NCBI GenBank assembly: GCA_964466415.1
Contig: CAYXQZ010000003.1
Location: 1 to 46,582, forward strand
Reading direction: 5' to 3'
Source: an uncultured Paludibacter sp.
GTDB taxonomy: Bacteria > Bacteroidota > Bacteroidia > Bacteroidales > Paludibacteraceae
Length of the DNA stretch: 46,582 bases
Numbering within the stretch: the stretch's first letter is position 1; every line of letters starts with the position of its first letter. Under the pieces are notes generated by a model. The model searched no databases. It was not told the DNA's origin and saw only the letters and a list, made by a program, of their open reading frames with translations. The translations under genes and the position numbers were made by a program. Below, piece by piece: positions 18,521 through 27,082 of the stretch.

Positions 18521-19648
18521 GGTTTTGTCGGCCTACAGAAATATACAGGCATAGTTTATTCCATTGTAAAAGGTTTTAGTATTTATTTTGAGAATAAAGA
18601 AAATCCACTGCCTGAAATAATAGAGCAGTTAAATACTCGTGAATTTGTAACCGGAACACGGTATGTAGCACTTTACTTGTCGCCTTTTGGTAAATGGGAT
18701 GCCAATGAGAGGCATAAGGCGATCTATTACCGGGTAAAAGAAGAGTTGTTGCACCGCGAAATTGTATCGCAGGTTATAGAGGTGGAAAAGAACTGGCTTG
18801 GTCGGCAAACCGAAGTAAAGACAGACAAAATGCAATATGCTGTATTAAAAAACGGATTTAACTTTGCATTTGCGAACATAGCAGTGGCCTTACTGGCAAA
18901 GTTGGGCGGCACACCCTGGAGTTTAGCCGATGGGCTGAAAAATGAATTGGTAATTGGCATCAGCGCATTTAAGAGTGACAGTCTCGAAAACAAATACCTC
19001 GGAAGTGCCTTTAGTTTTTCGGGCGAAGGTGGTTTTTGCGGGTTCGATTGTTTCCGAAGTAATCAGATGGACGAACTGGCGGGTTCCATTTTGATGGCTG
19101 TAAAAGACTATTGCAAGGAACAACAGGCGCTTGAAAAGTTGGTCATCCATTTTTACAAAACGCTGAGTAGAAAAGAACTTGCCCCAATTGAAAAAGGACT
19201 TGCCGAGCTTGGGTTGGATATTCCGGTGGTCGTTGTGTCGGTCAACAAAACATTTTCGGAAGATATCATCGGTTTCGACGATAGTCAAACGCAACTTATG
19301 CCTTATTCGTTTACCTATTTACCTATCAATAAAAATCAGTACCTGCTGTATAACAACGGCTTGCAAAAAGATACGATTTTCGATGCCAAAGAAGGGTATC
19401 CATTTCCTATGAAATTGTCGATACAATATTTTGCACCCAATTCTACACTGAGCATACAAGCTGACGAACAGATTATTCCCGCTTTGTTTGAACAGATTTG
19501 TCGATTTAGTCAATTGTACTGGAAATCGGTTTCGCGTCAGTCATTGCCTGTTACCCTGCGTTATCCCGAAATGCTGGCACAGATAGTTCCACACTTCGCA
19601 CGTCCCGAATTACCACGCACCGGCAAAGAAACGCTTTGGTTTTTGTAG
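17504..19648 (+). CDS. Chimeric ORF: PL8 alpha-helical catalytic domain fused in frame to prokaryotic Argonaute MID-PIWI
   Basis: 714-aa uninterrupted frame with a TTG start. aa 1-~337 are lyase-like and aa ~340-714 are Argonaute-like. Confidence 0.75.
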   Translation: MEIAVEIRKGKFAKSDPKYSYFLKAILHYGAIEIGRSNTIPRFHASCFAIPTAAVNTYFCLLKKMDDVEAGKIKDEQIVAVCDMLKALALQSWTQPLRKDETDKNVVQIDRFRNHVWWVGGNALAYRSLLPVAFMYKSIPMIDLIADVSQKCISTTSQNTFSSAFWTEGFTADGAGWGHGKQSLVWGYPIDGTSNALSMLNDLKGSPWNKKLSRENVDALMNFFRGSNWYYFKGFTLPGLDRHNFLFENDRKAIRYVGMLNTLISDWKDSFTAKELTELKQLLREGNNKDINMNLSNDGVYNGTRWFFNNDDLIKKNDKYHIIVNMASVRCDGLESALPGFVGLQKYTGIVYSIVKGFSIYFENKENPLPEIIEQLNTREFVTGTRYVALYLSPFGKWDANERHKAIYYRVKEELLHREIVSQVIEVEKNWLGRQTEVKTDKMQYAVLKNGFNFAFANIAVALLAKLGGTPWSLADGLKNELVIGISAFKSDSLENKYLGSAFSFSGEGGFCGFDCFRSNQMDELAGSILMAVKDYCKEQQALEKLVIHFYKTLSRKELAPIEKGLAELGLDIPVVVVSVNKTFSEDIIGFDDSQTQLMPYSFTYLPINKNQYLLYNNGLQKDTIFDAKEGYPFPMKLSIQYFAPNSTLSIQADEQIIPALFEQICRFSQLYWKSVSRQSLPVTLRYPEMLAQIVPHFARPELPRTGKETLWFL
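18521..19648 (+). other. Prokaryotic Argonaute MID-PIWI region, catalytically inactive (long-B-like), N/PAZ portion absent
   Basis: MID 5'-phosphate pocket Y408-K412-Q423-K466 (YYRVKEELL..IVSQVI..NIAVALLAKLGGTPW). PIWI motifs ELVIGIS, LVIHFYK, YPFPMK, FSQLYWKS, LPVTLRYPE. Typical terminus LWFL. Confidence 0.9.
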
Positions 19649-19676
19649 AGCAAAGAGTCAAGAACCAAGACGGAAG
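19649..19676. repeat. Degenerate 7-bp tandem repeat right after the Argonaute stop codon
   Basis: AGCAAAG-AGTCAAG-AACCAAG-ACGGAAG. Confidence 0.5.
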
Positions 19677-19687
19677 AAATATAAGTT

Positions 19688-19782
19688 CAACCCACTATGG
19701 GGTTGTATATTTTTGTAGTTATTCACATCCCCCAGTTTCGCTTCGCTTACTGGGGGTTATGCAAAGTTTACTCCTTCGGAGT
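19688..19782. repeat. REP/MITE-like three-hairpin element
   Basis: CAACCC..GGGTTG (19688-19705), CCCCCAGT..ACTGGGGG (19729-19756), ACTCC-ttc-GGAGT (19770-19782). Confidence 0.65.
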
Positions 19783-19803
19783 TTTGAGCAACCCCTATAT
19801 AGC

Positions 19804-19886
19804 ACCTTCAAAAGACCTCCAAATAGCAATCAAAACACCTTCAAATCACCTTCAAAAAAGTTGGTCTCCTTCAAAACGCCTTCATT
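19804..19886. repeat. 11-bp-period array of (A)CCTTCAAA
   Basis: Units start at 19804, 19815, 19826 (degenerate), 19837 and 19848, then 19867 and 19878. Confidence 0.75.
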
Positions 19887-20083
19887 TCTGCATTGGCAAA
19901 CTTGTTGTAAAATCCAATGGCGTAGGGCGCTACAGGTTTAATGAAAACACAGCTACTTTATGATCAAAAGTAATTGAGTTGAAGTTAAAGAACGATTCGA
20001 TAGAATGATGATTGATCGCCATTGTTCAGGTAGAATCAGATTGCAATAAACAATTCAATAATTCCTATAAAAAAATAAAAAAG

Positions 20084-20311
20084 ATGGGAAAGCTTAATTT
20101 AGGTATTTTGGGAGGTTTCTCGGGTACCGTAGGCACCGTGGTGGGTAGCACCAACAAAAAAGGCGAAGTACTTCGCTCAGCAAAAACAGCCAACTTGCCA
20201 ATTCCGTACAGCGAAACCGGAGACCAACTGCTGTTCTATCTGTTCTTTCAGTCAGCAACCGACGCTGCGCTGGTTTCAACCAGTCAGTATTTGGGAACTG
20301 TTACAGAATAG
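20084..20311 (+). pseudogene. DUF6266-like gene with a large in-frame internal deletion (75 aa)
   Basis: N-terminus MGKLNLGILGGFSGTVGTVVGS and C-terminus ..YLFFQS....VSTSQYLGTV resemble the two ends of this ~200-aa Bacteroidetes family. They are joined at ~20167. Confidence 0.65.
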
Positions 20312-20325
20312 ATATTTAAAAATTT

Positions 20326-20370
20326 GAATGAAAGCCTCCGGATAATCTTATTCGGGGGCTTTTTTATTCA
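20326..20370 (+). terminator. Rho-independent terminator
   Basis: AAAGCCTCCGGATAA-tc-TTATTCGGGGGCTTT with a T-run at the 3' end. Confidence 0.85.
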
Positions 20371-20482
20371 AAATCAAATAAATTGTAGTCTGCATTAATA
20401 CTTCGAAATGTGTTTAATAACATGATATTTTAGTTTTTAATTGATATACAGTATTTTAGACTGTTGGTATGTCGTATAAAAG

Positions 20483-20559
20483 TGAGGTAAATGCAAGTTG
20501 GAATTGAGTTTATGTGTGGTAAAATATTGTTTATTTCGAACACAAACAACGTATTTTTG
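20483..20559 (+). promoter_or_regulatory. Regulated promoter of the sugar transporter (shared operator plus -7 box)
   Basis: TGAGGT (20483), TTGAGTTTATGTGTGGTAAAA (20504-20524), TATTTTTG (20552); same spacing as 22154-22230. Confidence 0.75.
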
Positions 20560-20622
20560 CATGGTCAATTATCACAATTTAATAATTGATTTATCTCTAC
20601 CGAAATTTTATATGCTTATTTT

Positions 20623-22059
20623 ATGACAAATCACAAAACGGCTCCTGCGGACATAGTTCCTTTTGGGCAAAAAATTGCTTTTGGATCGGGACATTTGGCT
20701 AATCAGCTTTTTCCGGCAGCGCTGGGTATTTTTATGGTAGTATTGGTTTTGTCGCTCAAGATGAATCCATTTCTGGCTGGCTTGTTGGCAGCTCTTCCTC
20801 GTCTGTTCGATGCCATTATTGACCCTATTATGGGCTATGTGTCTGATCATACGCGTTCCAAATGGGGACGACGCAAGCCTTACATTCTTGTTGGAAGTGT
20901 AATTACGGGCATTGCTTTTATGATTATGTGGCAACTGTATCCCGAGAATTCGCAAACCTACAATTTTTTCTTTTTCCTAATTATGTCCTTGGTGTTTTAT
21001 ACAGGATATACCATTTTCGCTGCACCGCTTATTGGGTTGGGTTACGAAATGACACCCGATTACAACGAGCGTACTTCGCTTATGGCAGTATCGCAGTGGA
21101 TAGGCCAAATTGCATGGATGATTGCACCTTGGTTTTGGGTGATTATTTACGATCAAAGCATTTATAACTCTGCTCCCGAAGGAGCCCGTAATCTTTCGTT
21201 GTGGGTGGGAGGATTGTGTATGATTTTGGGTATTATGCCCGCTTTGTTTTGCAAAGAGTTGGAATTGCCCATACTGAAAGAAAAATCGAAACTGTCCATG
21301 AAAGATTTGGCAGCCAATACAAAAGACTTTTTCAAAGGGATAAAAGAGACCGTTTCGTGCAAACCATTTGTTAAATTGTATGTTTCTACTTTCTTGATAT
21401 TTAATGGTTTTCAAACCATTGCGCAGTTTGCATTTTTTATCATTATATTTTATCTTTTCAAAGGCGATACCACAGCAGCCGGTCAGTGGCCTGCATGGTT
21501 TGGAACAATAAGCGCTGTAGCCACAGCCCTGTTGGTGATTCCGGTTATAACGTTTGTATCTAAAAAAGTGGGCAAGAAAAATGCGTTTATAATTGCCACA
21601 TTTATTTCGATGATTGGTTATGCACTCAAATGGTGGGGTTTTAATCCAGAGAATCCGTGGATGATGTTTATTCCAATTCCATTTCTCTCTTTTGGTATTG
21701 GTGGTTTATTCACGCTTATGATGTCGATGACGGCCGATGTATGCGATTTGGATGAATTGGAAAACGGGACTCGTAGGGAAGCAACTTTTGGTGCTGTTTA
21801 CTGGTGGATGGTGAAATTGGGCACGGCTGTGGCCTTACTTACAAGTGGTGCAGTGCTTAATTTAGTTGGCTTCGACCAAAATGCAACGGTGCAAACTGTT
21901 GATACGCTTACCAAATTACGTATTGCTGACATTGTAATTCCGATAGTTACTGGCCTTATTGCTATCATTGTTATATGGAAATACGACATTACCGAGGCAA
22001 AAGCAAACGAAATAAGGAAAGCATTAGCCGAAAAACGCGAAAAATCAATCGTATTGTAA
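20623..22059 (+). CDS. MFS/GPH-family sugar:cation symporter
   Basis: FDAIIDPIMGYVSDHTRSKWGRRKPY, EMTPDYNERT, ADVCDLDELENGTRREA; about 12 hydrophobic segments. Confidence 0.93.
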   Translation: MTNHKTAPADIVPFGQKIAFGSGHLANQLFPAALGIFMVVLVLSLKMNPFLAGLLAALPRLFDAIIDPIMGYVSDHTRSKWGRRKPYILVGSVITGIAFMIMWQLYPENSQTYNFFFFLIMSLVFYTGYTIFAAPLIGLGYEMTPDYNERTSLMAVSQWIGQIAWMIAPWFWVIIYDQSIYNSAPEGARNLSLWVGGLCMILGIMPALFCKELELPILKEKSKLSMKDLAANTKDFFKGIKETVSCKPFVKLYVSTFLIFNGFQTIAQFAFFIIIFYLFKGDTTAAGQWPAWFGTISAVATALLVIPVITFVSKKVGKKNAFIIATFISMIGYALKWWGFNPENPWMMFIPIPFLSFGIGGLFTLMMSMTADVCDLDELENGTRREATFGAVYWWMVKLGTAVALLTSGAVLNLVGFDQNATVQTVDTLTKLRIADIVIPIVTGLIAIIVIWKYDITEAKANEIRKALAEKREKSIVL

Positions 22060-22153
22060 TAGCGAAATGGGTATTGAAATATGCTTTACAACATGTAATT
22101 AATTATAGCATCTGATTATTAGTTACTTATGTATGCATTAAGTTGTAATATAA

Positions 22154-22230
22154 TGAGGTGAAAATAAAGTAAAGTTGAGTTTTTGTGTGGTAAAAAATTC
22201 TTTAATATGAATAGAAACTGCATATATTTG
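22154..22230 (+). promoter_or_regulatory. Regulated promoter of the second susC operon (shared operator plus -7 box)
   Basis: TGAGGT (22154), TTGAGTTTTTGTGTGGTAAAA (22175-22195), TATATTTG (22223). Confidence 0.75.
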
Positions 22231-22289
22231 CAAAGTTGAATTGAACAATCGTAGAAAAATCAAAAATCAAATTTTAAAATAATACTAAA

Positions 22290-25200
22290 ATGACGTATTT
22301 AAAAAAATCATTTTCAATTATTCTGTTTTTTCTTGCCGTGCAATTGGTGCAGGCGCAAGGATTAAAAGTAAGTGGTGTAGTAACCGCTTCGGACGATAAA
22401 TACCCACTTATGGGTGTAAATGTTGTTGTACAAGGTGTAACCGGTCAGGGAACAATTACCGATTTGGATGGTAGATATAGCATTACTGTTCCTGAAGGAA
22501 AAAATCTTATATTCAAATACATTGGTTACAAAGAAAAAGCCGTAGTTGTAAAACAAGCTGGTGTAATTAATGTAGTACTCGATCCCGATGCCAGAATGCT
22601 CGACGAGGTAGTTGCCATTGGCTATGGTACTATGAAAAAGAGCGACCTTACAGGTTCAGTGGCTTCGGTAAAAGCCGATGCTCTTCAAAAAACACCTTCG
22701 GCTGGTTTGGACCAAGCGCTTCAAGGGCGTGCTGCAGGTGTAACAGTTAATGCTAACTCTGGTCAGCCTGGTGCTGCTGCTTCAATCCGCATACGTGGTA
22801 TTGGTTCGGTAATGGGCGGAAGCGAGCCTATTTATGTGGTGGATGGAATGATTACTACTAATATTTCGTTCCTAAGTCCTAACGATATTGAATCGACCGA
22901 AATTTTGAAAGATGCTTCTTCCACCGCTATTTATGGCTCACGTGGTGCTAATGGTGTAATTTTAGTAACTACCAAAAAAGGGAAAGAAGGCAAAAACAAT
23001 ATTTCGCTCAATGTTTATGGTGGTTTCCAAAACCCAGGCAATAAATTAGATTTAATGCAGCGCGATGAGTTTACTAAAACAATTATTGCATTGAATAATG
23101 TAGGTTCCGAAAAAACATTTCTGAAAAACTATGGTTTTAATAAATGGTTAAATGCTTATCGTTTAGGAACTTCGCCTTATTATCCTGTTCTGAAAACCGA
23201 TGCCAATCCTGCTGGTATGGATTATTCCAATGTGGAAACCGATTGGCAGAATGAAGTTTTTAACGAAAATGCATTGGTTCAAAATTACCATTTATCGTTC
23301 GATGGTGGTACAGCTAAAGATCGCTATACCATTTCGGGAAGTTACTTTAATCAGGATGGAACTATAATTGGTTCGAACTACGAACGTTTAACCTTGCGTT
23401 TAAACAGCTCACACAAAGTGAAAGACTGGCTTACAATTGGCGAAGACCTTTCGTTTATGTCGTCAAAAGGTCGTAACGCCATGAATAATAATTCAAGTCC
23501 AGGTGCTTCGGTGCTTTCGGCTGCTTTGGCTATGGCACCTTGGGACCCAACACATTACCCGGCAGGTTCGGTTAATCGCGATGGAAAAGACCTAAGCGGA
23601 CAAATTGCCGCCTCGTCGAACTTCCGTAATGTTACTAATCCATTTTCGATGGTCGAAAACGCCGAACCAAGCAATAAAGTTGAACGTTTGTTAGGAGGTA
23701 TTTATGCCGATTTTACGCCAATCAAAGGTTTGATACTTCACTCGGCAGTAAATTTTGACATTTCGAATAACAGAGATCAATTATTTAAATATTCATACGA
23801 GTATTCTTCGTACGATAAATCGGAAAAGAATTTCTTTCAAAGTAGTTTAACGCGTTACAGCACCATTACTTTCGAAAACACACTTACTTATTCCAAAACT
23901 ATTGGTAAAAGTAGTTTCTCAGCTATGGGCGGACAAACAACCGAAGAATTTAATTATTACTCAGTTGGTGGTTCAGGTGCATCCATTTTAAATCCAACTC
24001 CAAACAACTGGCTACTATCGCAAACTACCGAAAACCGCAGTTTTGCAGGCGATGGTATTGGTCGCAGTCGTATGTTCTCGCTACTGGGCAGGTTACATTT
24101 CTCGTACGATAACAAATATATGATTACCGCTAACTTTAGAGGTGATTCGTCGAGTAAATTTCCATTAAACCTATGGGGCTACTTTCCTTCAACAGCTATT
24201 GCATGGCGCATAAGCGAAGAAGAGTGGATGAAAGAGATTCCAAACTTGGACTTTATGAAAGTGCGTTTAGGTTGGGGTAGAATTGGAAACGCCAATTTGC
24301 CAAGCGATAGTTTTACGCCTAAAATGCACAATGCAGGTCCTACATTTGTTGATTATGTGCTTGGTGCCAATCAGGCATTGGCCAATGGAGCTGCTATGTT
24401 GACCATAGTAAATGCCAACGGACGATGGGAAACTACCGAACAAATAAGTGGAGGTATTGACTTTGGATTTTTTAAAGGAAAATTAAATGGAAATATTGAT
24501 GTTTTTCAACGCAATACGCTGGATATGTTACTGTCGGTAAAAGCGCCAGCGCAAGTTGGTAACCGCTACGACCCCATTGCTAATGTAGGTACAGTAAGTA
24601 ACAAAGGTATTGAGTTAACGTTGGATCATCAAAATAAGATTGGTAAATTTAATTACACATTGAACGGTAATATCTCATTCATTACCAACGAACTAATTTC
24701 GCTCAATGGTGGCGATGTTATTTATGGCGACCGTGTAAAATCGGACAAAGATTTGCCTTTATTTACCTTGTGGGGTTACGAGTACGAAGGTATTTACAAA
24801 ACAGATGCCGAAGCGCTTAGTCATTTAACAGGTTATACTGCACAATCCATTGCATATCATGCTGGCGATGCCAAGTTTAAAGACCAAGATGGAAATGGTT
24901 TAATCGACGATAAAGACAAAACAAACCTCGGAAATTCATTTCCAGCAGTTACTTATGGTTTAAATGTAGGTGCCGATTATGCTGGATTTGATTTGCAATT
25001 GTTTTTCCAAGGTGTAGCGGGTAACGAAATTTACAATGCCGTTCGCGAACGTACCGAAGGAAAAGGCGATGTGGCTACATTGAGTACAACGATGCGTGAT
25101 GTGTGGTCGGCTTCGAATGTAACTGGAACAATTCCAAATCCGTATGGTTCGTCCTTAAATTACGCTAATTCAAGTCGTTTTGTGGAGAGTGGTTCGTATT

Positions 25201-25412
25201 TACGACTCAAAAACTTGCAAATTGGTTATACGATTCCACAAAAAATTACGAAACAAGCCAATATCAATCGTTGTAGGGTGTATTTATCGGGCAGTAATTT
25301 AATTACACTGACTGGTTATACAGGTTACGACCCCGAAGTAGGAGGCGGTGTGGATTATGGAAACTACCCACAATCGCGTACAATTACATTAGGTTTAAAT
25401 CTTGATTTATAA
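22290..25412 (+). CDS. susC: SusC/RagA family TonB-dependent transporter
   Basis: LDEVVAIGYG, DIESTEILKDASSTAIYGSRGANGVILVTTKKG, WETTEQ, YTGYDPEVG. Confidence 0.97.
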   Translation: MTYLKKSFSIILFFLAVQLVQAQGLKVSGVVTASDDKYPLMGVNVVVQGVTGQGTITDLDGRYSITVPEGKNLIFKYIGYKEKAVVVKQAGVINVVLDPDARMLDEVVAIGYGTMKKSDLTGSVASVKADALQKTPSAGLDQALQGRAAGVTVNANSGQPGAAASIRIRGIGSVMGGSEPIYVVDGMITTNISFLSPNDIESTEILKDASSTAIYGSRGANGVILVTTKKGKEGKNNISLNVYGGFQNPGNKLDLMQRDEFTKTIIALNNVGSEKTFLKNYGFNKWLNAYRLGTSPYYPVLKTDANPAGMDYSNVETDWQNEVFNENALVQNYHLSFDGGTAKDRYTISGSYFNQDGTIIGSNYERLTLRLNSSHKVKDWLTIGEDLSFMSSKGRNAMNNNSSPGASVLSAALAMAPWDPTHYPAGSVNRDGKDLSGQIAASSNFRNVTNPFSMVENAEPSNKVERLLGGIYADFTPIKGLILHSAVNFDISNNRDQLFKYSYEYSSYDKSEKNFFQSSLTRYSTITFENTLTYSKTIGKSSFSAMGGQTTEEFNYYSVGGSGASILNPTPNNWLLSQTTENRSFAGDGIGRSRMFSLLGRLHFSYDNKYMITANFRGDSSSKFPLNLWGYFPSTAIAWRISEEEWMKEIPNLDFMKVRLGWGRIGNANLPSDSFTPKMHNAGPTFVDYVLGANQALANGAAMLTIVNANGRWETTEQISGGIDFGFFKGKLNGNIDVFQRNTLDMLLSVKAPAQVGNRYDPIANVGTVSNKGIELTLDHQNKIGKFNYTLNGNISFITNELISLNGGDVIYGDRVKSDKDLPLFTLWGYEYEGIYKTDAEALSHLTGYTAQSIAYHAGDAKFKDQDGNGLIDDKDKTNLGNSFPAVTYGLNVGADYAGFDLQLFFQGVAGNEIYNAVRERTEGKGDVATLSTTMRDVWSASNVTGTIPNPYGSSLNYANSSRFVESGSYLRLKNLQIGYTIPQKITKQANINRCRVYLSGSNLITLTGYTGYDPEVGGGVDYGNYPQSRTITLGLNLDL

Positions 25413-25429
25413 AAAAAATAATCTCAACG

Positions 25430-25460
25430 TCTTGATTCTTGGCTCTTGATTCTTGAATCT
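25430..25460. repeat. 7-bp tandem repeat between susC and susD
   Basis: TCTTGAT-TCTTGGC-TCTTGAT-TCTTGAA-TCT. Confidence 0.75.
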
Positions 25461-25475
25461 AAAAAATTATATCCA

Positions 25476-27032
25476 ATGAAAAAACTAATTTATATATTCA
25501 TTACTGCTGTGGCAGTTACATTTAGCTCTTGTAACGATTGGTTATTGGAGCCAGCACCTGGAGTTACTAAACTCGAAGATTTTTTCACCGTAGGTAAAAC
25601 GGCCATACAAACTACCAATGCCGCTTATATGCCGCTTATGTGGGAGTTTAACAATACGTATTTTCCTGAATGGTTTATTGGCGATGTAGCTTCGGACGAT
25701 GCACTGAAGGGAGGACAATCGTTTGGTGATATGGCTGATGCTTACGATTTCGAAAACTTTAAAACCAACTCCAACAATGGTTTTTTGCTAGAGTTTTACA
25801 GAGCACAATATCAAGGTATTGCTCGTTGTAATTTAGGAATTCAACAAATTCCGCTAATGAAAACCGATTCGGCCATGGATGCACGCGTTCAGAAACGTTT
25901 GGTTGGCGAATTAAAATTCCTTCGTGCCATGTATTATTTCCGTTTAGTACGTGTTTATGGTGGTGTTCCACTTACTTTGGAGCCTATTAACTCGTCGAAC
26001 GATTGGAAAAAACCACGTGCAACAGCTGCTGCAATTTACACACAAATTATTGCTGACTTAACCGAAGCCAATAAAGGATTATGGAAGAAAAGTCAATATG
26101 CATCTACAGAATTAGGTCGTGCTACCAAAGGTGCTGCACAAGCTATGTTGCTCAAAGCTAATTTGTATACCAAAGCTTATTCCGAAGCTAAACGCTGGGG
26201 CGATTCCATAATGCTATCGAACGAATACGATTTAGTAGCCAACTATGCCGATAATTTTACCTTGGCTGGTGAAAATGGAATGGAATCGGTTTTCGAAATT
26301 CAATACATGGCCGATCCAATGAGTGATTATGGTCAGGGCGATGGATTTACACGCGGAACATTTACTGTTATTCTTACTCGCTCACGCTCTACTAAACTTG
26401 GTGGCGGTTGGGGCTTTAACAAACCAACTCAAAACTTGTACAATGAGTACGAAGCAAATGACCCACGCAGGGATGCCACTATTCTGAATCCAAAAGATGC
26501 CGAAATAGAAACTCCTTCGCAGGAAATATATTTAGGAAGCCGGTATTTGAATCGTAAATATGCCTTGATGAATGCTGACAATACTTTCATGACATTAGAC
26601 CATGCTACACGTGGCCCAATTAATAACAAAGTCATTCGCTATGCCGATGTATTGTTGATGTATGCCGAAGCATGTGCTGAAAACAATGACCTGAATGGTG
26701 CAAAAACTGCACTTGAAAAAGTAAGGCTTCGTGCTCGTAAAGGTGCTGCAATACTTCCTGCATTTCCGTATGGAACGTATGCCGATAACAAAGCGGATTT
26801 AATAAAAGCTATTCGTCATGAGCGCCGTGTAGAGTTGGCTATGGAAGGACATCGTTGGTTCGATCTTTGCCGCTGGGGTGTTGCCAAACAAACTATGGAT
26901 GCTTATAAAGCCGCCGAAACAACCGAAGCACAAGCACAAATGGCCACTTTTATTGCTGGCAAACATGAGTTATTCCCTATTCCAAGTCAGGAAATTGATT
27001 TAAATCCTATGGATCAAAATCCACAATATTAA
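25476..27032 (+). CDS. susD: SusD/RagB family lipoprotein
   Basis: ATG 25476 gives MKKLIY..SSC lipobox. Motifs GELKFLRAMYYF, IRYADVLLMYAEA, HERRVELAMEGHRWFDL. Confidence 0.96.
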   Translation: MKKLIYIFITAVAVTFSSCNDWLLEPAPGVTKLEDFFTVGKTAIQTTNAAYMPLMWEFNNTYFPEWFIGDVASDDALKGGQSFGDMADAYDFENFKTNSNNGFLLEFYRAQYQGIARCNLGIQQIPLMKTDSAMDARVQKRLVGELKFLRAMYYFRLVRVYGGVPLTLEPINSSNDWKKPRATAAAIYTQIIADLTEANKGLWKKSQYASTELGRATKGAAQAMLLKANLYTKAYSEAKRWGDSIMLSNEYDLVANYADNFTLAGENGMESVFEIQYMADPMSDYGQGDGFTRGTFTVILTRSRSTKLGGGWGFNKPTQNLYNEYEANDPRRDATILNPKDAEIETPSQEIYLGSRYLNRKYALMNADNTFMTLDHATRGPINNKVIRYADVLLMYAEACAENNDLNGAKTALEKVRLRARKGAAILPAFPYGTYADNKADLIKAIRHERRVELAMEGHRWFDLCRWGVAKQTMDAYKAAETTEAQAQMATFIAGKHELFPIPSQEIDLNPMDQNPQY

Positions 27033-27082
27033 TTCAAATTATCAAATCAAATATTTTAAAAAACAATTAATTCTTCATTATT

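Noticed and set aside
18521-19648. Classification as a canonical short pAgo (SPARTA/SPARSA)
   Set aside because: No APAZ-containing partner is nearby and there is no independent start codon before the MID region. The motifs fit a truncated long-B-type protein better, pending phylogeny.
19636-19963. ORFs 19636..19941 and 19697..19963 as Argonaute partner or effector genes
   Set aside because: They run through REP hairpins and the 11-bp array and have no domain-like features; probably spurious.
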